Below, piece after piece: positions 38,253-45,495 of a stretch of DNA of 64,000 bases. The position numbers and the translations under genes are program-made. The notes below the pieces were generated by a model, which was not told the origin of the DNA, did not search any database, and saw only the letters and a program-made list of their open reading frames with translations. Origin of the DNA: an uncultured Marinoscillum sp. (GTDB lineage Bacteria > Bacteroidota > Bacteroidia > Cytophagales > MED-G16); the NCBI GenBank assembly GCA_964527965.1, contig CAZGPH010000006.1:175-64174 (forward strand), given 5' to 3'. Each line of letters begins with the position of its first letter. Positions within the stretch are counted from its first letter, which is position 1.

Positions 38253-39638
38253 ATGGAAAAAATTAAGAATATGACTCCACAACAAATTGTCAATGAACTT
38301 GACAAATATATAATTGGTCAAGGAGATGCAAAAAGAAACGTAGCTATTGCCTTAAGAAATAGATGGAGGAGATTAAATGTTCAAGATGAAATCAAAAATG
38401 AAATTATACCAAATAATATTTTAATGATTGGTGCAACCGGTGTTGGTAAAACAGAAATAGCAAGAAGACTTGCAAAATTATCTGATGCTCCTTTCACAAA
38501 AGTTGAGGCATCAAAATTTACTGAGGTTGGTTATGTTGGAAGAGATGTTGAGAGTATGGTTAGGGATTTACTTGAACAATCTGTAAATCTTGTAAAAACA
38601 CTGAAAAAAGAAGAAGTAAAGTTAAGAGCTGAAGAAAGTGTAAATAAAATAATTTTAGATGTATTAATCCCTCCTGTAAATAAAGTCCAATCAAATATTA
38701 ACTTAAGTCTAGAAAAGAATAGTAATAATGATGACAAAGAAATTAATGAAAAAACTAGAGATAAATTCAAAGAAAAAATAAAAAGTGGTGAATTAGATGA
38801 TAGAAAAATTGAAATTATGGTTCAAAAACCATCTAATTCGGGTATCGGTATGGTTGGTGGTGGAATGATGGATGAGTCTTCTATGATTAACCTTCAAGAT
38901 ATGATTAGTAACATGATGCCAAAAAGAAATAAGAAAAGAAAAGTTACAATTGGAGAAGCAAAAAAAATTCTTTTAGAGTCTGAAGTCTCAAAACTTATTG
39001 ACATGGATGAAGTAAAAGAAGAAGCAATAGAAAAAGCAGAAAATACAGGAATTATTTTTATAGATGAAATTGATAAAATTAGTGGTAACTCAAATAAAGG
39101 AGGTGGTCCAGACGTAAGTAGAGAAGGAGTCCAAAGAGACTTACTTCCAATTGTAGAAGGTACAGCTGTCACAACTAAATATGGTATAATTAAAACTGAC
39201 CATATACTTTTTATAGCTGCAGGCGCATTTCATCTTTCTAAACCCTCTGATTTAATTCCTGAGCTACAGGGAAGATTTCCAATAAGAGTTGAATTAGACA
39301 CTTTAACTCAAGAAGATTTTCTCAAAATTTTGTGTGAACCAAAGAATTCATTAACTAAACAGTATAAAGCATTAATTAAATCAGAAAATGTAGAAATTAT
39401 TTTTAACGAAGACGCTCTTAAAGAAATCTCTCATAAAGCATTTGTAATAAATTCAGAAATTGAAAATATTGGAGCAAGAAGACTTCACACTGTAATGAGC
39501 AAGTTATTAAATGAAATTCTTTTTGATATACCAGAAAAAATAGGACCCAATGCTAAAATAGTTATCACCAAAAAAATGGTAGGAGAAAAACTTAATTCCA
39601 TAACTGAAAATAAAGATCTTAGTGAATATATATTATAG
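38253..39638 (+). CDS. hslU: ATP-dependent protease ATPase subunit HslU
   Basis: ELDKYIIGQ, GATGVGKTEIARRLA, TEVGYVG, IDEIDK, VQRDLLP, QGRFPIRVE, GARRLHT. Confidence 0.98.
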   Translation: MEKIKNMTPQQIVNELDKYIIGQGDAKRNVAIALRNRWRRLNVQDEIKNEIIPNNILMIGATGVGKTEIARRLAKLSDAPFTKVEASKFTEVGYVGRDVESMVRDLLEQSVNLVKTLKKEEVKLRAEESVNKIILDVLIPPVNKVQSNINLSLEKNSNNDDKEINEKTRDKFKEKIKSGELDDRKIEIMVQKPSNSGIGMVGGGMMDESSMINLQDMISNMMPKRNKKRKVTIGEAKKILLESEVSKLIDMDEVKEEAIEKAENTGIIFIDEIDKISGNSNKGGGPDVSREGVQRDLLPIVEGTAVTTKYGIIKTDHILFIAAGAFHLSKPSDLIPELQGRFPIRVELDTLTQEDFLKILCEPKNSLTKQYKALIKSENVEIIFNEDALKEISHKAFVINSEIENIGARRLHTVMSKLLNEILFDIPEKIGPNAKIVITKKMVGEKLNSITENKDLSEYIL

Positions 39639-40130
39639 TTTATAATCTTTTGGAAACTTAATCCATTCTAAGTCACCTTTAAAATCTAATTCTGATATTT
39701 TGTCCCATGATGTTATATCAAACTTGATTATAATAATCCCTGTTGTTGGTAAATTATATAAGTGGTGATTAGTTAAAAGATTAACTATATCTGTTAGTCC
39801 AGGATTATGTCCTAATACCATTAAAGAATTTATATCAGAATTAGTATTCTTAATTATAGAAATTATTTTTTTTGAGGAGGCATGATACAATTCATGAGTA
39901 AATAACTCACTTTTAAAATTGATTTTATTTTTAAAATACTCATATGTTAATTTTGTTCTTTTAGAAGAACTTGAGATTGCACAATCAATATTATCTAATC
40001 TTTCGGAAAGTTTTAGAGACATCATCTCTGCATCTTTATTTCCTCTAGAATTTAAAGGTCTTTCATAATCTGATAACTCTGGATAATCCCAACTAGATTT
40101 TGCATGTCTTAGAATAATAAGTGTCTTCAT
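39633..40130 (-). CDS. SixA-like histidine phosphatase
   Basis: RHAKSSW, RPLNSRG, RTKLT, GHNPG; start placed at MKTLI (40130). Confidence 0.9.
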   Translation of the reverse strand: MKTLIILRHAKSSWDYPELSDYERPLNSRGNKDAEMMSLKLSERLDNIDCAISSSSKRTKLTYEYFKNKINFKSELFTHELYHASSKKIISIIKNTNSDINSLMVLGHNPGLTDIVNLLTNHHLYNLPTTGIIIIKFDITSWDKISELDFKGDLEWIKFPKDYKL

Positions 40131-40134
40131 ATTA

Positions 40135-41112
40135 TTAAACACCATCAAATTTTAAATCTTTCATACATTTAAAATGACCTGCAGGACATTTAGAGTATCC
40201 TATTTTAGTACATGGTCTACATGATAAATTATTATTTTCAATAACCGAAAAAGAAGATCTAAAAGGGTAAAATCCTAAGTTAGAATGAGTTGATCCAAAT
40301 ATTGAAAAAATATTCTTTTTTAATGCAGAGGCTATATGCATAAGCCCAGTATCATGTGTAAAAACTTTATCTGATAAATTAATTATGTAAGCTGATTCTT
40401 CTATATTAAGCTTACCACATAAATTATAGATATGTGTCTTCTTATTTAGTTTGTCTCTTACTTTATCATCTGAATATTTAAAAAAACTTTCTATTTTTTT
40501 TGATACCGAAATCTCACTTTTTCCTCCAACTAAAACAATAGGTCCATTTATTTTATCACAAAGCTCAATAAGTTTTTTATAAGTTAATCGCTTTGTCTTA
40601 TGCTTTGCTCCTACTACTACTGAAGCAAACCCTCTATCATATATACTTGGCAAGTTAATTTCTTTTTTTTTCTCACTAAAATAAAATTCTAACCCCTCTC
40701 CATCATCATAAATATTTATTTTCGATAGAGTATCTATATATGATTTTGCAATATGTTTAATCTTTAAATTAATTTTTAGATTAGTAAGTAACCACCTTTT
40801 AAAAAAATATTTTTTATAAGTAATTGAGGTCTTAAATAAGAAAAGTTTTAAAAAATTAGATCTTAAATTATTATGAAGATCAACAACTAAATCATAGTTT
40901 TCACTTCTGAGCTTAGTTAAAATTTTTATAAGACTATCTTTAAATTTTATAACCTTATCAATATTTACATTGTTATCATAAATGTAACTATATTCATCTT
41001 TGGTTATGAAGTGTATATTTGATTTAGGAAATTTCTTTTTTAAAAGTCTAGGCACAGGAGTGGTTAAGACAACATCCCCCATAGAAGAAAATCTAATTAC
41101 TAAAATTTTCAC
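40135..41112 (-). CDS. Glycosyltransferase family 9 (heptosyltransferase-like)
   Basis: IRFSSMGDVVLT, DLHNNLRS, HDTGLMHIASA, FGST, CRPC..C..GHF.CM. Confidence 0.92.
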   Translation of the reverse strand: MKILVIRFSSMGDVVLTTPVPRLLKKKFPKSNIHFITKDEYSYIYDNNVNIDKVIKFKDSLIKILTKLRSENYDLVVDLHNNLRSNFLKLFLFKTSITYKKYFFKRWLLTNLKINLKIKHIAKSYIDTLSKINIYDDGEGLEFYFSEKKKEINLPSIYDRGFASVVVGAKHKTKRLTYKKLIELCDKINGPIVLVGGKSEISVSKKIESFFKYSDDKVRDKLNKKTHIYNLCGKLNIEESAYIINLSDKVFTHDTGLMHIASALKKNIFSIFGSTHSNLGFYPFRSSFSVIENNNLSCRPCTKIGYSKCPAGHFKCMKDLKFDGV

Positions 41113-42616
41113 TTTATTATCTGTATTTATTTTAATAACTCAAAATATAAAATCCCAAAGTAATTTAGAAAGTATTATCCATCAAAAAAAAAGAATTGAA
41201 TTTGAAATAAAATATTTAGATAGAAGCTATTGGACAAGTTCAAATATTGATAATTTGATCTTGATACAAGATCAAGAAACAGGAAAAAAATTAAATTGGA
41301 AAATAAATACTTATAATAGAGAATTAGAAAAAGTTAAGGATACCACATTCCAACTAGACAGATCATTTTCACTTCTAAAAATTATTTCTGAAAAATCAAG
41401 CTTTAAATTATTTTTCAAAAAAAATTATTCAAATGAAAAAAACTATTTAATAATTAATTATTTACCTGTTTCAAACTCAATAGAAATTAAAGAAATTAAA
41501 CTTCCTTTAAGCTTAAGTATCACAAATATTTTAACTCTTGAAGACAAATTGGTATTTAGTAGTAAAATGAAAAATGGAAAGACCCTACTTAGCATTTATA
41601 ATTTAAATAAAAATCAATTAGTTAATATTTATGAATACCTATATGGAGACAAAAACATTTTGAAATTAAAAAAAATTAATTCTAATTATTTTTCAGCTTT
41701 AACTTCTGTGAGAACAAAAAATAATTTTAAAAATATAGAGAGAGAGGTTTATAACCTTGAAGGAGAGAAGATTTATTCATATCAGATTAAATCTAATAAT
41801 CATTCAGTATTTGAAACTAAAATTATAGATTATAAAAATATATCTTATTCAATTTCACTTTTTGGAAATAAAAATTCTAATGAGGCTGTCGGAGTACAAT
41901 TTGATAAATTTAGATATGACTCACTTATATCGAGTGAGAGGAAATATTTTTTAGAAATTAATTCAATTAGAAATTTTATTTCAGTTTGGAAGAAGAAAGT
42001 AGTTAGAAAATTAAATAGTAAAAATATTGCAAATTTAAAATTTGGATATGAACTATACATTGATACTATTTTTATAGAAAACAATAACCTTAACTTTTCA
42101 TTAGAAAGTATTAAGGCAGAATACACTAATGATGGTTTTAGTAATTACTCATATGTCCCATTTTATAATACTTATTCAGGAACATACGATCGTAAGGTTA
42201 ATCCTAATTTTGGAGGGTATTCTCACGATATAAACTTATTTATGAAATTTAATCTTGATGGAAAATTAATCTGGAGTTCTATCTCAAAAATGAATAATTT
42301 TAATACATTTTCTAATAAAGCATATAATAATTATATCTTAAATGAGAACAAACTAATTAGCTTTTATATTAATAAAGGAGAAATATCTTATACAGAATCT
42401 TTCTTTAATGGGATAAATAAAACATTTAATGTTGATTTAAATTTAATTGAAGCAGAAGACATCAAGATAAGTAATGAGACAAATCCTGAGGGGACATTCC
42501 ATTGGTATTTAAATAATTATTATACAATAGGAGTACAAAAAATTAAAAATAATAAAGCTTTAGATAAAAAAAACAAAAGGGTCTTTTATATAACAAATTT
42601 TGAAATTCGTAATTAA
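41060..42616 (+). CDS. Secreted hypothetical protein, probable beta-propeller (start uncertain: GTG 41060, ATT 41096 or TTG 41000)
   Basis: Long open frame, signal-peptide-like ITKIFTLLSVFILITQNIKS-Q, beta-rich repeats. Confidence 0.7.
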   Translation: MVKTTSPIEENLITKIFTLLSVFILITQNIKSQSNLESIIHQKKRIEFEIKYLDRSYWTSSNIDNLILIQDQETGKKLNWKINTYNRELEKVKDTTFQLDRSFSLLKIISEKSSFKLFFKKNYSNEKNYLIINYLPVSNSIEIKEIKLPLSLSITNILTLEDKLVFSSKMKNGKTLLSIYNLNKNQLVNIYEYLYGDKNILKLKKINSNYFSALTSVRTKNNFKNIEREVYNLEGEKIYSYQIKSNNHSVFETKIIDYKNISYSISLFGNKNSNEAVGVQFDKFRYDSLISSERKYFLEINSIRNFISVWKKKVVRKLNSKNIANLKFGYELYIDTIFIENNNLNFSLESIKAEYTNDGFSNYSYVPFYNTYSGTYDRKVNPNFGGYSHDINLFMKFNLDGKLIWSSISKMNNFNTFSNKAYNNYILNENKLISFYINKGEISYTESFFNGINKTFNVDLNLIEAEDIKISNETNPEGTFHWYLNNYYTIGVQKIKNNKALDKKNKRVFYITNFEIRN

Positions 42617-42643
42617 GAATTAAACAAATTGTGAAAATGAATT

Positions 42644-42651
42644 TATATTTG
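42644..42651 (+). promoter_or_regulatory. -7 box TATATTTG for pyrR-pyrB
   Basis: Exact match 7 nt before the pyrR ATG. Confidence 0.65.
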
Positions 42652-42658
42652 TAAATAA

Positions 42659-43198
42659 ATGACGAATAAATCTAGATTGTTTAATAAAAAAAGACTAGAA
42701 ATAACAATCAATCGTCTTTGTCATCAGCTAATTGAAAATCACAAAACCTTTGATAACACCGTCCTTATTGGCCTTCAACCTAGAGGAATTTACTTTTTAA
42801 ATAGAATTGAAAAAAATCTAAATAAATTATTAGGGAAAAAAATAGATTCTGGAATTCTAGACACAACATTTTACAGAGATGATTTTAGATCTAATAATAT
42901 TCCCAAAGCAAAAGAAACTTTTATTCCTTTTTTAGTTGATGAAAAAGAAGTTGTAATAATTGATGATGTTCTTTTCACTGGGAGAACTGTACGATCAGCA
43001 ATGGAGGGTATTATGAACTTTGGAAGACCAAAAAAAGTAGAACTTTTAGTTTTAATTGATAGAAAGTATAGTAGAGATATACCAGTTGAACCAACATATT
43101 GTGGAATTAAAATAAATACTATTACCTCTGATAGAATAGAAGTAAACTTAGCTGAACAGGGTTTTAAAGAAGATAATATATGGATATCAAATGAATAA
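42659..43198 (+). CDS. pyrR: PyrR / uracil phosphoribosyltransferase
   Basis: GLQPRG, LDTTFYRDD, IDDVLFTGRTVRSA, LIDR. Confidence 0.95.
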   Translation: MTNKSRLFNKKRLEITINRLCHQLIENHKTFDNTVLIGLQPRGIYFLNRIEKNLNKLLGKKIDSGILDTTFYRDDFRSNNIPKAKETFIPFLVDEKEVVIIDDVLFTGRTVRSAMEGIMNFGRPKKVELLVLIDRKYSRDIPVEPTYCGIKINTITSDRIEVNLAEQGFKEDNIWISNE

Positions 43199-44120
43199 AT
43201 TAAAATCTAAAGACTTATTAGGGATTAAAAATTTATCGTTAGAAGAAATAAATTTAATTTTTGAAACGGCAGATAAATTTAAAGAAGTACTTTCTAGGCC
43301 TATTAAAAAAGTCCCTTCTCTAAGACATTTAACTATAGCTAATGTTTTTTTTGAAAATAGTACAAGAACAAAATTATCTTTTGAATTAGCTCAAAAAAGA
43401 CTTTCAGCAGATATAGTTAATTTTTCTTCCTCAGTAAGTTCTGTGAAAAAAGGAGAATCTTTATTAGATACAATAAATAATATACTAGTTATGAAAGTAG
43501 ATATGATTGTAATGAGACATCCAAATCCTGGTGCTCCTCATTTCATTTCTAAAAACATAGATGCTTCAGTTATAAATGCTGGAGATGGCACTCATGAACA
43601 TCCTACACAAGCTCTATTAGATTCCTATACAATTAGAGAGAAAACTGGTAATGTGAAAGGCAAAAAAGTTGCAATTATTGGAGATATATCTCATTCAAGG
43701 GTTGCTCTATCTAACATTTATTCTCTTCAAAAATTAGGAGCAGATATAATGTTATGTGGACCTTCAACTCTAATACCAAAATATATAAATAATCTAAATG
43801 TTAAAATTGAAAATGATATTAAAAAAGCTTTGGAATGGTGTGATATTGCTAATGTCTTGAGAATACAACTAGAAAGACAAAAAAATAAATTTTTCCCTTC
43901 TATAAGAGAGTACAGTTTATATTATGGAATAAATAAAAAACTATTAGATAGCATAAATAAAAATATTACAATAATGCACCCAGGGCCTATTAATAGAGGA
44001 GTTGAAATTAGCAGTGATGTAGCAGACTCAAAAAATTCAATTATTTTAGATCAAGTTGAAAATGGAGTTGCTATAAGGATGGCAGTAATGTATTTACTTT
44101 CTCTTAATCGAGATCAATGA
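43191..44120 (+). CDS. pyrB: Aspartate carbamoyltransferase catalytic subunit
   Basis: FENSTRTKLSFE, KGESL.DT, NAGDGTHEHPTQALLD, RIQLER, MHPGP.NRG. Confidence 0.98.
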   Translation: MNKLKSKDLLGIKNLSLEEINLIFETADKFKEVLSRPIKKVPSLRHLTIANVFFENSTRTKLSFELAQKRLSADIVNFSSSVSSVKKGESLLDTINNILVMKVDMIVMRHPNPGAPHFISKNIDASVINAGDGTHEHPTQALLDSYTIREKTGNVKGKKVAIIGDISHSRVALSNIYSLQKLGADIMLCGPSTLIPKYINNLNVKIENDIKKALEWCDIANVLRIQLERQKNKFFPSIREYSLYYGINKKLLDSINKNITIMHPGPINRGVEISSDVADSKNSIILDQVENGVAIRMAVMYLLSLNRDQ

Positions 44121-45427
44121 TAATCTTTTTTCATTTATCATTATCAGTTATAATTGTTATTATTCTTAATAGTAAATTAAAATTAAATCCGATAATTAGT
44201 CTTTTTATTGGGTCATTAATCTTAGGAATACTACTTGAGATGACTGTATCACAAATATTTAATTATCAAGTGACCGGATTTTTTTCTTCTATAAAAAATA
44301 TAGGTCTAATTATTTTTTTTAGCTGTTTGATAGGACAATTTCTTAAAGAAACAAAATCTATTGAAAAGTTTGGAAATTTACTACTAAATAATTTTCAGAA
44401 ACAAACCCTTCTATCAATTAATATGCTTGGCTTATTTATAGGAACAGTTGTCTTCTGTGACTCCGCTTTTTTAATACTTAATGGAATATCAAGATCAATA
44501 GCATCATCCAGTTCAATCTCTCTTACAAGTTTAAATTTATCCTTATCTGGAGGACTCTACTCTTCTCATACTCTAATTCCTCCTACACCTGGTCCAATAG
44601 CTACTATTAACAATTTTAATGTATTAGATGATATAGGGACTATAATGATTTTAGGGATTATTGTATCCATACCATCATCACTTATAGCATTTCTTTTCTC
44701 AAGGAGATTCATTAAAATAAATAAAAATAAAATAAATAAAAATTTAAATACTGGTGATAACGCATCAATAATTGCCTATTTGAGTATTCTTATACCATTA
44801 TTATTAATTAGTTTAAATACAATCTCTAATTTTTTTGATAATTTAAATGACACCTTACTTTTTAAATCAATTAAATTAATTGGAAACCCAAATTTCGCAC
44901 TATCAGTGGGTGTGATTTTATCGTTTTTTATTCCTCGTAAAAGTAGTAAAGTAAATAAAATATTAACCTATGCTATAAAAGATTTCCTCCCTATTATTTT
45001 TTTGACATCAATGGGAGCTGCATTTGGAAATATTATAAAAAATTCAAATATAACTGAAGTACTCCCTCTTTTTATAAATATTGAAGATAGAAGTATAATA
45101 CACATATGTGTAATCTCTTACATATTAAGTTTTATACTTAAGACTAGTCAAGGTTCTAGCACATCCTCTATGATTATAGTTAGCTCGATTATTTTCCCAA
45201 TAATATCTGACTTTAATTTTAATATCTTTGAAACTTCAATGATCATTCTATCAATTGGAGCAGGTTCTATGATGATTTCCCATGTTAATGATTCTTACTT
45301 TTGGATTGTAACTAAAAGGACAAGTCTAAATCTAAAAAAAGGTTTAAAATACTTTTCTATTATGACGATTTTACAAAGTACCGGTACTTTGTTATTTATT
45401 TTTATTCTTTTAAAAATATTTTCATAG
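44117..45427 (+). CDS. GntP family permease
   Basis: About 12 TM helices, VFCDSAF, IPPTPGPIA, LKTSQGSSTSS, SHVNDSYFW. Confidence 0.9.
   Translation: MIIFFHLSLSVIIVIILNSKLKLNPIISLFIGSLILGILLEMTVSQIFNYQVTGFFSSIKNIGLIIFFSCLIGQFLKETKSIEKFGNLLLNNFQKQTLLSINMLGLFIGTVVFCDSAFLILNGISRSIASSSSISLTSLNLSLSGGLYSSHTLIPPTPGPIATINNFNVLDDIGTIMILGIIVSIPSSLIAFLFSRRFIKINKNKINKNLNTGDNASIIAYLSILIPLLLISLNTISNFFDNLNDTLLFKSIKLIGNPNFALSVGVILSFFIPRKSSKVNKILTYAIKDFLPIIFLTSMGAAFGNIIKNSNITEVLPLFINIEDRSIIHICVISYILSFILKTSQGSSTSSMIIVSSIIFPIISDFNFNIFETSMIILSIGAGSMMISHVNDSYFWIVTKRTSLNLKKGLKYFSIMTILQSTGTLLFIFILLKIFS
44714..44743 (+). repeat. In-frame 15-bp tandem duplication (AAAATAAATAAAAAT x2; KINKN KINKN)
   Basis: Two exact adjacent copies read directly from the sequence. 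Confidence 0.85.
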
Positions 45428-45495
45428 TTAGCAAGTTTTAAAAACTATTGACATCTAACTGCGTATAACTCTGCAACTAAACTAATTTTTAAATT

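Noticed and set aside
45448-45469. E. coli-type promoter TTGACA...TATAAC
   Set aside because: Spacer is only 10 nt, and Bacteroidota primary sigma does not use this consensus.
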